Shown piece after piece: positions 43,247 through 55,281 of a stretch of DNA of 64,000 nucleotides (its first letter is position 1; each line of letters starts with the position of its first letter). The notes beneath the pieces are model-generated. The model was not told where the DNA came from. It saw only the letters and a list, made by a program, of their open reading frames with translations, and did not search any database. This DNA is from an uncultured Actinomycetes bacterium (GTDB lineage: Bacteria > Actinomycetota > Thermoleophilia > Solirubrobacterales > Solirubrobacteraceae), in NCBI GenBank assembly GCA_963787065.1, contig CAWBBQ010000022.1, positions 18,521-82,520 of the forward strand, given 5' to 3'. Position numbers and translations under genes: made by a program.

Positions 43247-43555
43247 ATGCACGCGCGCGTCGCTTTCTACCGGCTGCGGTCGGGCTCGCTCGACCAGGTG
43301 GTGCGCACGGTCGAGGCGCCCGGGGGCATGCTGGAGATCTTCCGCGAGCGGCCGGGGTTCCAGTCCTACGAGCTCATCGAGACCGGGTCCGGGCTCGTCT
43401 CGGTGTCGCATTGGGAGTCCTCGGCCCAAGCGGACGCCGCGACGGATGCCGCCGCGGCGTGGGTCGCAGACAACATCGACGAGTTGGTCAAGCTGCAGCA
43501 GAGCGACATCGGCGAGGTCGTCCTGTCGACGCCGGTCGAGGCCGCGACGCACTGA
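43247..43555 (+). CDS. ABM (antibiotic biosynthesis monooxygenase)-like / ferredoxin-fold small protein
   Basis: ATG 43247 follows GAAAGGGGA. The sequence is MHARVAFYRLRSGSLDQVVRTVEAPGGMLEIFRERPGFQSYELIETGSGLVSVSHWESSAQAD... Confidence 0.65.
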   Translation: MHARVAFYRLRSGSLDQVVRTVEAPGGMLEIFRERPGFQSYELIETGSGLVSVSHWESSAQADAATDAAAAWVADNIDELVKLQQSDIGEVVLSTPVEAATH

Positions 43556-43589
43556 CACCCGCGCCCGGCGGCCACCTACCATCCCGGGG

Positions 43590-43661
43590 GCCCCCGTAGC
43601 TCAACGGCAGAGCGGCGGTCTTTTAAACCGGCAGATGGGAGTTCGAGTCTCCCCGGGGGCA
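43590..43661 (+). tRNA. tRNA-Lys (anticodon TTT)
   Basis: The sequence is GCCCCCGTAGCTCAACGGCAGAGCGGCGGTCTTTTAAACCGGCAGATGGGAGTTCGAGTCTCCCCGGGGGCA. The anticodon loop is CTTTTAA. There is one 27:43 G-G mismatch. Confidence 0.9.
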
Positions 43662-43723
43662 CTCCCGGTCTGACTTCGTTGCGTCATGCAACCGGTTCGC
43701 GCTGGAGACGTTACGATCGGCAC

Positions 43724-44107
43724 ATGCTCCCGCGCACCTACGACGGCCAGAACTGCTCGGTGGCTCGCGCGCTCGAGGTCCTGGGTGACCGCTGGACGCT
43801 GCTCGTCATCCGCGACGCGTTCCTCGGCGTGCACCGCTTCGACGACTTCCAGCGCGAGCTCGGCATCGCGCGCAACGTGCTCGCCGATCGCCTCGCGCGG
43901 CTCGTCGACGAGGGTGTCCTCGAGCGCCGCCGCTACCGGGAGCGCCCCGAGCGCCACGAGTACCGCCTGACGGCCAAGGGACTCGACCTGCTGCCGGTCA
44001 CGATGTCGCTGATGAGCTGGGGCGACCGCTACTACGCGCCGCCCGAGGGGCCGCCGCGGGTCGTGCGCCATCGCGGCTGCGGCGGCAGCGGTGACCGGGC
44101 AGCATGA
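43724..44107 (+). CDS. HxlR-family (MarR-like winged helix) transcriptional regulator
   Basis: The core reads NCSVARALEVLGDRWTLLVIRDAFLGVHRFDDFQRELGIARNVLADRLARLVDEGVLERRRY...EYRLTAKG. The C-terminus may continue in another frame (TCERCGAQVGPG...), so the 3' end is uncertain. Confidence 0.8.
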   Translation: MLPRTYDGQNCSVARALEVLGDRWTLLVIRDAFLGVHRFDDFQRELGIARNVLADRLARLVDEGVLERRRYRERPERHEYRLTAKGLDLLPVTMSLMSWGDRYYAPPEGPPRVVRHRGCGGSGDRAA

Positions 44108-44218
44108 CGTGCGAGCGCTGCGGTGCCCAGGTCGGACCGGGCCAGGTGCGCGCGGAGCCCGGCCCGGGCGCGGGCCCGCCGCCGGCGCGGTCGCGGACCT
44201 TCGAAGCGGCCTGACGGA

Positions 44219-45827
44219 CTATCCGCGCCGCGCGGTCAGCGCGCCGAGCAGCAGCGCGACCGAGCGCTCGAGCTGGTCGATCGAGGCTTCGTCGACGCGT
44301 CGGATGCCGCACGTCCGGTTCAGCCAGCGGTTGATCTCCGCGTGGCTGCGGCCGTCGCGGCGGCGCAGGTCGGCGACCAGCCGATGGCGCTTGTCGCGCA
44401 GCAGCGGCGCGGCGCTCGAACGCGGGCATCGCGGCCGGCTCGTCGTCGGCGGCGCGGGCGGCGCGGGCGCAGGGACGGCCGGGGCCATGCGGGCCGGGGC
44501 CCGGCCCCGGCGCCCCGAACAGCGCGAGCTGGGGCGCGACGTCGGCGGCCACGGGCACGAACGCGGGCTCCTCGCCGCGCTCGGTCTCGCGCGCGTGCCG
44601 GGGCTCGTCGAGCGCGCTGCGGTCGTCGTCGCGCGGTGGGCGTCAGCACGTGGCGCAGCTCGCGCTCGACCTCGGCGGCATGGCCGCGCAGCACCGGGTC
44701 GGCGGGCAGGTACAGCCAGCTCATGTCGACCGGCCGGCCCGGGATCGTGCGCACGAAGCGCCCGACGATCTGGCGGAAGATCAGCGGCGTCTTGGCCGCG
44801 GTCGCGTAGACGCCGACGCGCAGGCGCGGGATGTCGACGCCCTCGCTGACCATGTTGACCGCGACGATCCAGCGCTCGGAGGACGCCGTGAAGGCCGCGA
44901 GCTTCTCGGCCGCGCGCGCCTCGGTGTGCAGGACGACCGTCGGCGCGCGCCCGGTGTGCGCGCGCAGGAGCCCGGCGATCGCCCTGGCGTGGGTGCTGTC
45001 GGCGGCGACGACGAGGCCGCCGGCGTCGCGGTGCTCGCCGCTGCGCAGGCTCCGCAGGCGCTCGTCGGCCGCGGCCAGGATCCGCGGCAGCCCGTCGGGC
45101 AGCCCGACCGAGATCGCCGTGCGGTAGCGGCGGCCGGCCTCGCGCCCGGCCAGCGCGTCCTCGAACGACGCCTCGACCACGTCGTCGCCGCTGCGCCACT
45201 GCAGCACGCCGTCGTAGGGGATGAACGTCACCGGCCGGCAGATCCCCTCGCGGACCGCGTCGGCGTAGGGGTAGGAGACGTCGGGCACGGCGACGCCGCC
45301 CTCGTAGCGCACGCCGGGGATCGGCGTCGTGTCCGAGCGAAACGGCGTGCCCGACAGCAGCAGCCAGCGCCCCGCCGCGCGCGAACGCGGTGGCGAAGCC
45401 CGTGCCCCAGGCCAGCTCCTCGCCGAGGTGGTGCGCCTCGTCGGCGATCACGAGCGTGCCCTGGCCGCAGGACCGCGACCAGCGCTCGGCCATGCGCGGC
45501 CACCCGCGCGTAGGTGACCGCGATGCCCTGGAAGTCGCGCGGCGGTCGCAGCGCCGTCGCGTCGGGCGCGAGGTGCAGGCCGAGCCGCGCGGCCGCGGCG
45601 GCCCACTGGCGCGTGAGCGGCGTCGTCGGGCAGACGACGACGATGCGCTGCACGGCGCGGGCGTGGAGCAGGTCGCGCGCGTGCACGAGCGCGGGCCGCG
45701 TCTTGCCCGCCCCGGGCGCCGCCGAGAGCAGGAACGGCCCGCTCGACCATGCGCGCATTGCCACGAGCGCGTCCTGCTGCCACGCCCGCAGCGAAGCGGG
45801 CGAGGGTGCGACGGCGGCAGCGGACAC
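44219..45827 (-). pseudogene. SF2 DEAD/DEAH-box helicase (COG1061-type), multiply frame-disrupted
   Basis: Motif I ([16 protein letters not shown]) is in ORF 45228..45827. Motif II ([11 protein letters not shown]) is in ORF 44219..46156. The helicase C-domain (VVLHTEARAAEKLAAF...WIVAVNMVSEGVDIPRLRVGVYA...QIVGRFVR) is in ORF 44320..45312. The C-terminal tail is back in the 44219 frame. Confidence 0.75.
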
Positions 45828-45890
45828 GGACGCGGCATCCTGCGCGACGGCCCGGACGGATCGAAAGGCCCCGCTCCGACCGGCCGCCGA

Positions 45891-46282
45891 TCACCGCGGC
45901 AGGTAGGCCTCGACCTCCACCTCGACGAGCATCCGCGGGTCGGCCAGGCCGGCCACGATGACGGTGGTGTTGACCGGGCGGATGTCGCCGAAGGCCTCGC
46001 TGTGGGCCCGGCCGAAGCCGTCGAAGTGCCCGGGGTCGACGAGGAAGACGCGCGTGCGCACGACCTCCTCCAGCGACGCGCCGACGCGGGCCAGCGCGGC
46101 GGCGACGTTCTCGAGGGTCTGGCGCGTCTGGAGGTAGGGGTCGCCGATGCCGGCAATCGCGCCGTCGGGCATCGTCGCCGTCGTGCCGGCCACGAGGACG
46201 AGGTCGCCCGCGCGCACGACGCGCGAGTAGCCGACGACGTCCTCGTAGGCGCCGCCCGATGCGTGGCGCTCGATCCCGGCCA

Positions 46283-46283
<1 letters not shown>
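45891..46283 (-). CDS. RidA/YjgF-family (endoribonuclease L-PSP-like) protein
   Basis: From ATG 46283: [36 protein letters not shown]...[13 protein letters not shown]...VRTRVFL...[24 protein letters not shown]. Its start overlaps the purH stop. Confidence 0.85.
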
Positions 46284-47975
<1,692 letters not shown>

Positions 47976-47986
47976 CAGGAGACCAC

Positions 47987-48235
47987 ATGGACAACCGCAC
48001 CGCCGAGCCGGATCGCGACCTCGAGCGCACCGGTGACGAGCTCGAGGAGCGGCTCGATCGCCTCGATGACCACATCGACGACTCCAAGCGCGAGCTGCAG
48101 GCGCGCAGCGAGGAGGCCGACGAGCCGGCCGAGGACGTCGCGGGCGACTGGCAGGACAGTGACGACGACGCCGGCGGCGAGGACGCCTCGGGCTTCGACG
48201 ACCCCGAGGCCGAGGAGGAGGACGAGGAGGCGTAG
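47987..48235 (+). CDS. small acidic hypothetical protein
   Basis: ATG 47987 follows AGGAG. The sequence is MDNRTAEPDRDLERTGDELEERLDRLDDHIDDSKRELQARSEEADE..., very D/E-rich. Confidence 0.5.
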   Translation: MDNRTAEPDRDLERTGDELEERLDRLDDHIDDSKRELQARSEEADEPAEDVAGDWQDSDDDAGGEDASGFDDPEAEEEDEEA

Positions 48236-48266
48236 GAGCGCGGCCGGGGGCGTCAGCCGACGGGTC

Positions 48267-48899
48267 TCACGTGGCCGGCGGCGCCGGAGCGCGCTCGTCG
48301 AGCAGCACGCGCCGCGGGTGATCGGGGTCGCGGCGCACGGCGCCGGCGGCGATGAGCGCCACCGCGCGAGGCAAGAGCGCGTGCTCGAGCGGCCGCAGCG
48401 CGGCGAGGACCGCGGCCGCGCCGGTCGCGTCGGGCAGCTCGACGGAGCCCTGGAGGATGATCGCGCCGCCGTCGACGGCGCCGGGCTCGACGTAGTGGAC
48501 GGTCACCCCGAAGACCTTGACCCCATACTCGAGCGCCTGCTCGATCGCCCGCAGGCCGGGAAAGGCGGGCAGCAGCGACGGATGGACGTTGATCAGCCGG
48601 CCGGCGAAGCGCTCGAGGAACGCGTCGTCCAGGACGGCCATGTAGCCCGCCAGCACGACGAGCTCCGCTCCGCGCTCGTCGAGCCAGCCGGCGATCGCGG
48701 CGTCGCGGGCGCCACGGTCGGCGAACTCGCGCGTGGGAAAGCTCGCCACCGGCACGCCGGCCTCGCGCCCGCGCCGCAGCGCCCGCGCGCTGGGCTGGTC
48801 GGAGGCCACGGCGACGATCTCGGCCTCGTGGCCGTGGACGGTGTCGAGCAGCGCCTGGAGGTTCGTGCCCTCCCCGGAGGCGAGCACGCCCACCCTCAT
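48267..48899 (-). CDS. purN: phosphoribosylglycinamide formyltransferase (PurN)
   Basis: The 210-aa protein runs from ATG 48899: MRVGVLASGEGTNLQALLD...VVLAGYM...LINVHPSLLPAFPG...GVTVHYV. Its start overlaps the recQ stop (ATGA). Confidence 0.9.
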   Translation of the reverse strand: MRVGVLASGEGTNLQALLDTVHGHEAEIVAVASDQPSARALRRGREAGVPVASFPTREFADRGARDAAIAGWLDERGAELVVLAGYMAVLDDAFLERFAGRLINVHPSLLPAFPGLRAIEQALEYGVKVFGVTVHYVEPGAVDGGAIILQGSVELPDATGAAAVLAALRPLEHALLPRAVALIAAGAVRRDPDHPRRVLLDERAPAPPAT

Positions 48900-50704
48900 G
48901 CCGCGCGCGCCTGCGCCGTCCGCAGCGTGGGGTAGTGACCGCCCGTCGAGTGCAGGCGGCCGTCGGCGAGCAGCGCGTCGACGCGCTCGAGCACCTCCCC
49001 GGCCGCGAGATGGGCGAACGCGCCGTACAGCGGCAGGCCGTCGTAGGCGTGGCGGCGCAGGGCCTGGGAGCGCCCGCCGCGCAGGATCTCCACCGTGCGC
49101 GTGCGGCCGACCGACGGCTGGGCCCCGCCCACCACCTCGACGATCGCTGCGTCGAGCTCGACCGGTGCGCCGCTCGCGCCGCGACGCGCGGGGGCCGCCG
49201 GCGCGGCGGGCACGAGCTCGGGCACGCAGACGTCGCAGCACGGCCCGCTCGCCGCGGGCGCCGCGCCGTCACCGAAGTGGCTCAGGATCGTCCGCCGGCG
49301 GCAGGCGTCGCCCTCGACGAACGCCCACACCGAGCGGTACTGGCGCCAGCGGGCGCGCTGGGCCTCGCCCGCCGAGGCCCGGCACGCGGCCTGCGCACGC
49401 CCGTCGAACGGCGCGGCGAAGCGGCCGCGAACGCGGTCCACCGGCGCCGGCGCGGGCCGGATCACCCCCGCGCGGGCGAGGTGGCCGAGGATCGCCCGGA
49501 CCTGCTCGGCGTCGGCCCCGAGGTCGCCGATGCCGAGGTCGTACGTCGCGCCCGCGTCGCCGAGGGCCAGCGGGAGCGTCCCGGCGGCGCCCGCCAGGCG
49601 CTCGGCCACGCGAGCGAGCGTCGCGTCATCGACCTCGGCGCGCTGGATGAAGAAGACGTGCAGCCCCTTGTCGCGCGCCTCGGCGAACAGCAGCGCGCGC
49701 GCCGGCGAGCCATCACGACCAGCGCGCCCGGCCTCCTGGTAGTAGGCCTCGATCGACCCGGGCACGCTCGCGTGCGCGACCGTGCGAACGTCGGCCTTGT
49801 CCACGCCCATGCCGAACGCGTTGGTGGCCACGACGACGTCGACATCGCCGCGCATGAAGCGCCGCTGCGTGTCGGCGCGCGCCTCGCGCGCCAGGCCGGC
49901 ATGGTAGGGCAGGACCTCGACGCCGAGCGCGTCCCCGAGCTCGACGGCCAGACGCTCGGTGTCGGCGCGCGTGCCGGCATAGACGATGGCCGGGCGCGAC
50001 GCCGGCTCGGCGAGCGCGGCCGCCAGCCGAGCGCGCTTGTCGGCGGCGCTGCGGCACGGGACCACGGCGAAGGCGAGGTTGGGCCGGTCGAACCCGGTCG
50101 TCACGCGGACCGGCTCGCGCAGCGCGAGGCGGCCGGCGATGTCGGCGGCCACCTGCGGCGTGGCCGTCGCGGTCGAGGCGACGATGCTGCGCGCGCCGAG
50201 CCAGCGGGCGGCGTCGCCCAGGCGGAAGTAGTCGGGGCGGAAGTCGTGGCCCCATTGCGAGACGCAGTGCGCCTCGTCGACCACGAACAGGCCGACCTCG
50301 ACCTCGCGGACGGCCTGCAGGAAGCCGGGCGAGGAGAAGCGCTCGGGCGCGACGTACAGCAGACGCAGCTCGCCGGAGGCGGCGCGCGCCAGCGCGGCGC
50401 GGTTGGTCGCCGCGTCCTGCTGGGCGTTGACGAGCGCGGCGCGGCCGGGCACCGCGCGCTCCAGCGCCTCGACCTGATCCTGCATGAGCGAGACGAGCGG
50501 CGAGACGACGAGCGTGAGGTCGTCGCGCAGCAGCGCGGGGAGCTGGTAGCAGAGCGACTTGCCGGCGCCGGTGGGCATGACCACGAGCAGGTCGCGGTCG
50601 GCCAGCGCGGCGCCGACCGCCTCGGCCTGGCCGGGCCGGAAGGCGCTGAAGCCGAAATGCTCGCGCAGGGCGATCAGGGCACGATCCATGGGGGCGACGA
50701 CCAT
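48896..50704 (-). CDS. recQ: ATP-dependent DNA helicase RecQ
   Basis: The sequence reads FGFSAFRPGQAEAVGAAL...LVVMPTGAGKSLCYQLPA...VVDEAHCVSQWGHDFRPDY...ATNAFGMGVDKADVR...YYQEAGRAGRDG and includes a Zn-finger Cys cluster. The start is ATG 50704 or 50689. The upstream 440 codons of ORF 48896..52027 are shadow sequence. Confidence 0.9.
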   Translation of the reverse strand: MVVAPMDRALIALREHFGFSAFRPGQAEAVGAALADRDLLVVMPTGAGKSLCYQLPALLRDDLTLVVSPLVSLMQDQVEALERAVPGRAALVNAQQDAATNRAALARAASGELRLLYVAPERFSSPGFLQAVREVEVGLFVVDEAHCVSQWGHDFRPDYFRLGDAARWLGARSIVASTATATPQVAADIAGRLALREPVRVTTGFDRPNLAFAVVPCRSAADKRARLAAALAEPASRPAIVYAGTRADTERLAVELGDALGVEVLPYHAGLAREARADTQRRFMRGDVDVVVATNAFGMGVDKADVRTVAHASVPGSIEAYYQEAGRAGRDGSPARALLFAEARDKGLHVFFIQRAEVDDATLARVAERLAGAAGTLPLALGDAGATYDLGIGDLGADAEQVRAILGHLARAGVIRPAPAPVDRVRGRFAAPFDGRAQAACRASAGEAQRARWRQYRSVWAFVEGDACRRRTILSHFGDGAAPAASGPCCDVCVPELVPAAPAAPARRGASGAPVELDAAIVEVVGGAQPSVGRTRTVEILRGGRSQALRRHAYDGLPLYGAFAHLAAGEVLERVDALLADGRLHSTGGHYPTLRTAQARAA

Positions 50705-51070
50705 AGCGCCGCACCCGGCCGCCATCGGCCGCCGGCGCAGAGCCGTGACGTGTGGCGCGGCGCGGGAGACCCGAGACGCGGACTCGCGCGCTGTGTGCGC
50801 AGCCTCACTCCGCGGGCCGGCCGCTTCGACGAGGCTCGTGCGGATCACCACATGGGGCTCCCCGGGGGGAACGGCGAGGGGCCCGGAGCGACGCCGCGAG
50901 AGCGGCGGCCGCCCGCCGATTCCGGCGGGGTTGCCGGGGGGCGCCCCGCCGGAGCGGGCTGTGGCCTGCCGCGCCGAGCGGCGGTCGGACGCGACGAGTG
51001 CGCGACCGATCGTCGTCCCTGCGGTCAGAGCGGCTGGGCCCTGACGCGCGTGTGACCGTACGCTTGTCGC

Positions 51071-52156
51071 GTGGGCCGCTACGGAAAGCGCGCGGACCTG
51101 ATCGTTCACCAGGACGATCCGTTCAACGCCGAGACCGGGCTCGCTGCCCTGGCCGAGGGTCCGCTGACCGCCACGGACGCGTTCTACGTGCGGGGGCACG
51201 GCCCGGTGCCGGAGATCGATCCGGCCGGGTGGCGGGTGCACGTGCACGGGCTCGTCGAGCGCGAGCTCGACCTTTCCCTCGCCACCCTGCGCGAGGCGTT
51301 CCGGGAACGCGAGGTGATCGCGACGCTGCAGTGCGCCGGCAACCGGCGCGCGGGGCTGATGGCCATCCGCGACATTCCCGGCGAGGCGCCGTGGGGTCCC
51401 GGCGCGACCGGTACCGCGACGTGGAGCGGCGTCGCGCTCGCCGATGTGCTCGCGCTCGCCGGGCCGGTGCGCGGGGCGGCGCATGTCGGCTTCCACGGCG
51501 CCGACCTCTGTTCGGAGGCCAAGCCCGCCCAGTCCTTCGGTGGCTCGATTCCGCTCGACAAGGCGCGCCGCCGCGAGGTCCTGCTCGCGTGGGCGATGAA
51601 CGGAGAGCCGCTCCAGCCCGTCCACGGCGCGCCGCTGCGCGTGGTGGTGCCTGGCTACATCGGCGCGAGGAGCGTCAAGTGGCTCGAGCGGATCGAGGTC
51701 CGCTCGAGGCCCTGGCGTGGCTACTTCCAGCACGTCGTCTATCGGCTGTTGCCCGAGGACGGAACGCCGGGCCCGGGCGTGGGGCTGCCGCTCGGCCTGA
51801 TCGCCCTCAACGCCGACGTGTTGTCTCCGGCCGACGGCGAGACGGTCGCCGCCGGCCCGGTCGAGGTCCGCGGCTACGCGTTCGCGGGCGGGGAACGCCA
51901 CGTCGCGCGGGTCGACGTCTCGATCGACGGCGGCGCGAGCTGGTCGCAGGCGGAGCTGCTCGAGGACCTCGGCCGGTGGGCCTGGCGGCACTGGCGGATC
52001 ACGGTCGGCCTCGCGCCCGGCGAGCACGAGATCCTCGTGCGCGCGTGGGACTCCTCGGCGGCCACCCAGCCCGAGGACGAGGCGGCGCTATGGAACCCGA
52101 AGGGCTACGTGAACAACGCCCGCCCGCGAGTCCGGGTGCGCGCCTCCGCCGCTTAG
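51071..52156 (+). CDS. sulfite oxidase-like molybdopterin oxidoreductase
   Basis: The sequence reads FYVRGHGPVPEID...TLQCAGNRR...PWGPGATGTATWSGVAL...PLRVVVPGYIGARSVKWL and includes a C-terminal Mo-co dimerisation domain. The start codon is GTG. Confidence 0.88.
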   Translation: MGRYGKRADLIVHQDDPFNAETGLAALAEGPLTATDAFYVRGHGPVPEIDPAGWRVHVHGLVERELDLSLATLREAFREREVIATLQCAGNRRAGLMAIRDIPGEAPWGPGATGTATWSGVALADVLALAGPVRGAAHVGFHGADLCSEAKPAQSFGGSIPLDKARRREVLLAWAMNGEPLQPVHGAPLRVVVPGYIGARSVKWLERIEVRSRPWRGYFQHVVYRLLPEDGTPGPGVGLPLGLIALNADVLSPADGETVAAGPVEVRGYAFAGGERHVARVDVSIDGGASWSQAELLEDLGRWAWRHWRITVGLAPGEHEILVRAWDSSAATQPEDEAALWNPKGYVNNARPRVRVRASAA

Positions 52157-52300
52157 CTCAGCACGCGGTGGAGGACGTACCCGACGCCGAAGCCGAACCC
52201 ACGAGCCTTCTCGCTGAAGAGGCAAGCCCACGGCGGCCTTGCGAAAGGCCAGGAGCACCGGCAGACCAACTCAGACCGGTCGACCGGGTTCTCGAGGACG

Positions 52301-53764
52301 CTACGCCCGCACGAGCGGGAGCGCGCGCTCGAAGGCGAACTTGTCGTTCGCGTCGTCGCTGCCGGCCAGCGGGTAGTGGCCGGAGAAGCAGGCGTCGCAG
52401 TGGCGGTCGCGGTCGCCGCGCACGGCCTCGTAGACGCCGGGCAGCGAGAGGTAGGCCAGCGAGTCGCAGCCGAGCTCGCTCGCCACCTCGTCGACCGAGC
52501 GGTCGTGGGCGATCATCTCCTCGCGCGAGGACATGTCGATGCCGTAGTGGCACGGGTGCTTGATCGGCGGGGCGGAGATCCGCATGTGGACCTCGAGCGC
52601 GCCCGCGTCGCGCAGCATCTGCACGATCTGGCGGGTCGTGTTGCCGCGCACGATCGAGTCGTCGACCACGACGAGGCGCCGGCCGCCGACGATCTCGGGC
52701 AGCGGGTTGAACTTCAGCCGCAGGCCGTGCTTGCGCAGCTCCTGACCGGGCTGGATGAACGTGCGGGCGACGTAGCGGTTCTTGATCAGGCCGTCGTCCT
52801 GGGGCAGACCGCTGGCCCGGGCGAAGCCGCGGGCGGCCGGGTTGCCCGAGTCAGGGACGGCGATGACGAGGTCGGCGGAGGGCGCGGGCGCCTCGCGGGC
52901 CAGGATCTCGCCCATCCGGCCGCGTGCGGCCTGCAGCACGTCGCCGCCCATCCGCGAGTCGGGCCGGGCGAAGTAGATGTACTCGAACACGCAGAACGCC
53001 TCGCGCTCGCCCTCGACGACCTGCCGGGCGCGCATGCCGTCGGCCCCGATCGACACGAGCTCGCCCGGCTGCACGTCGCGCATCCGCCGCGCGCCGATGA
53101 TGTCGAAGGCGCAGGTCTCGCTGGCCACGCAGAAGTGCTCGCCGATCTGCCCGAGGGCGAGCGGGCGCACGCCGGCCGGGTCGCGGAACGCGTACACGCG
53201 CTTCTTGGTCATGACGACGATCGAGAACGCGCCCTGCAGGCGCGGCATGACGTCGGCGATCGCGTCCTCGATGTCGTCGGCGGGATGGGTGGCCAGCAGT
53301 GCTGCCACGATCTCGGAGTCCGACGTGGAGCTGAACGTCACGCCGCGCTCGCGCAGCTCGGCGTGCAGCTCGACGGCGTTGGTCAGGTTGCCGTTGTGGG
53401 CCAGGGCGAGCTCGCGGCGGTTGCCGCCGGCGCCGTCGCTGCGGTGCACGGGCTGGGAGTTCTCCCACTCGTTGGAGCCGGTGGTCGAGTAGCGCACGTG
53501 GCCGATGGCCAGGTCGCCGGACAGCGCGCGGAGGTCGTGCTCCTTGAACACCTGCGAGACGAGCCCCAGCGAGCGCTGGGTGATGATGTAGCCGCCGTCC
53601 TCGGCCGCGGCGATCCCCGCCGACTCCTGGCCGCGATGCTGCAGGGCGTAGAGGGCGAAGTACGCGAGCCGCGCGACGTCCGTGCCCGGGGCGTAGAGCC
53701 CGAAGACGCCGCACTCGTCGCGCGGGCCGTCGCGCTCGTCGAGGAAGGGCTGATCTGCGGTCAT
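52301..53764 (-). CDS. purF: amidophosphoribosyltransferase (PurF)
   Basis: The sequence reads RDECGVFGLYAPG...LQHRGQESAGIA...VVVDDSIVRGNT... and includes the C-terminal Fe-S Cys residues. The 487-aa ORF is intact. Confidence 0.95.
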   Translation of the reverse strand: MTADQPFLDERDGPRDECGVFGLYAPGTDVARLAYFALYALQHRGQESAGIAAAEDGGYIITQRSLGLVSQVFKEHDLRALSGDLAIGHVRYSTTGSNEWENSQPVHRSDGAGGNRRELALAHNGNLTNAVELHAELRERGVTFSSTSDSEIVAALLATHPADDIEDAIADVMPRLQGAFSIVVMTKKRVYAFRDPAGVRPLALGQIGEHFCVASETCAFDIIGARRMRDVQPGELVSIGADGMRARQVVEGEREAFCVFEYIYFARPDSRMGGDVLQAARGRMGEILAREAPAPSADLVIAVPDSGNPAARGFARASGLPQDDGLIKNRYVARTFIQPGQELRKHGLRLKFNPLPEIVGGRRLVVVDDSIVRGNTTRQIVQMLRDAGALEVHMRISAPPIKHPCHYGIDMSSREEMIAHDRSVDEVASELGCDSLAYLSLPGVYEAVRGDRDRHCDACFSGHYPLAGSDDANDKFAFERALPLVRA

Positions 53765-53884
53765 GAGGAGCCGCCAGGGAGCCGAGGCGACGGCGCTGAG
53801 CGTAGCAGCGAGACCGGGCGGTATCGGTTCGAGGCCGCATCACCGGTCGTCGTAGCCCGGTTGGTACGTTTGCCCCGAGCGCAG

Positions 53885-54652
53885 ATGGATGATCACGTAC
53901 CGAACGCGGGCTCGGCGCACGACGACGGGGAGCAGGCTCGGGCCTCGCTGACCACTGTGCGTCCCGCGCGCCGGCGGGGTTTGGTGCAGGAGGTGGCCGA
54001 GCAGCTCGTGGGAGTCATCGCGTCGAGCACGTCCCCCGAGGTCGCGCTGCCGTCGGAGCGCGCGCTCGGCGAGCAGCTGAGAGTCAGCCGCAACGTCCTG
54101 CGCGAGGCACTGGCCGCGCTGGACCACATGGGCCTGACCGAGACCCGCGGCAAGACGCGCGTCGGGCTGACGCCTCGCGCGCGCGTGCATCAGCTGGCGC
54201 AGCTCGCGCCCGAGGACGCCGCGCGCGAGCTCATGCTCGACCCCGTCGAGGTCCGGCGGATCATCGAGCCCGAGACCGCCGCCCTCGCGGCAACGCGCGC
54301 CACCCCCGAGGCCGTGCAGGACATCGAGCGGTGGATCGAGCTCATGGAGCGCGGCATGGCGGCGGGCGAGAGCGTGGTGGACGACGACTCGGGCTTCCAC
54401 GTCGCGATCGCTCGAGCGACCATGAACCAGATGCTGATCGACCTGGTGAGCACGCTGAGCGCCGCCCTGCGCCAGAGCCGCGAGCGGTCCTTCGAGCCGT
54501 CAGAGGCCACCGGAGCGGCGATCGCCGACCATCGCGCCATCCTCCGGGCGGTGCGCGCCGGCGACGCCGACGCCGCCAGGCTCGCGATGGGCGTACACCT
54601 CAACCACGTCGAGGATCTCATCCGTTCGACGATGCCCGGCCGCGACGGGTAG
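53885..54652 (+). CDS. GntR/FadR-family transcriptional regulator
   Basis: The N-terminal region LPSERALGEQLRVSRNVLREALAALDHMGL is followed by an FCD domain (SGFHVAIARATMNQML...DHRAILRAVRAGDADAA). The gene is divergent from purF. Confidence 0.85.
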   Translation: MDDHVPNAGSAHDDGEQARASLTTVRPARRRGLVQEVAEQLVGVIASSTSPEVALPSERALGEQLRVSRNVLREALAALDHMGLTETRGKTRVGLTPRARVHQLAQLAPEDAARELMLDPVEVRRIIEPETAALAATRATPEAVQDIERWIELMERGMAAGESVVDDDSGFHVAIARATMNQMLIDLVSTLSAALRQSRERSFEPSEATGAAIADHRAILRAVRAGDADAARLAMGVHLNHVEDLIRSTMPGRDG

Positions 54653-54679
54653 GTTCCCGCGGACGCGCGCCATGGTCGC

Positions 54680-55255
54680 TCAGGGTGTGGGCAGGATGCC
54701 GCCCGACACGTACTCCAGGTAGAGCGTTGCGAACGCCGCGACCACGCTGACCACGCCCACGGGTCGTGGCCCCACCCGGCCGTACGGCAGCGCCCAGAAG
54801 CCGAGCAGGACGAGCACGTAGATCAGGAAGACGAGCTCCACGATGGCGATGTGAAGGCTTAGCCCGGTCCCCAGCGTGGGCAGCACGACCATCTCGATGA
54901 CGTGCAGCACGGCGAGGAACGCGCACATCGTGCCGATCGGCTTCAGGCTCCACCCGCCGAGCTGGGCGAAGCTCACGCCGATCCACAGCAGCGCGAACTT
55001 CGCGCTCAGAGAGGCGTACAGCAGCTGCGTCTTGACGGTGTCCGCGTCGTCGGTGCCGAACGGGGCGCCGACCACCAGCCAGCCCGCGAGGAACGCCAGC
55101 GTGATCGCTCCGCCGAGACTGCCGACGAGCGCGACGGTCTTCCCGCTTGTCGCATCGTCGTCCGGGCCGTCGTGGGCGCCCAGGAGTTGCATCCCGTTGG
55201 CGAACAGCGCCATCGCCAGACCGACGACGCCGACCGACACTGGCGACAGGCCCAT
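54680..55255 (-). CDS. AmiS/UreI-family membrane channel-like protein
   Basis: ATG 55255 follows AGGAGGAG. The 191-aa protein has about 6 TM segments (MGLSPVSVGVVGLAMALFANGMQLLG...). The family call is from overall pattern only. Confidence 0.7.
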   Translation of the reverse strand: MGLSPVSVGVVGLAMALFANGMQLLGAHDGPDDDATSGKTVALVGSLGGAITLAFLAGWLVVGAPFGTDDADTVKTQLLYASLSAKFALLWIGVSFAQLGGWSLKPIGTMCAFLAVLHVIEMVVLPTLGTGLSLHIAIVELVFLIYVLVLLGFWALPYGRVGPRPVGVVSVVAAFATLYLEYVSGGILPTP

Positions 55256-55281
55256 GGTCTCCTCCTGTGTCCGGATGCCCC

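Noticed and set aside
50705-51070. A 366-bp GC-rich intergenic region between recQ and the Mo-enzyme gene, examined for a riboswitch (such as Moco) or an SOS box.
   Set aside because: I found no conserved riboswitch core and no TCGAAC-N4-GTTCGA-type LexA box by eye. A covariance-model scan (Rfam) would be needed before making any claim.
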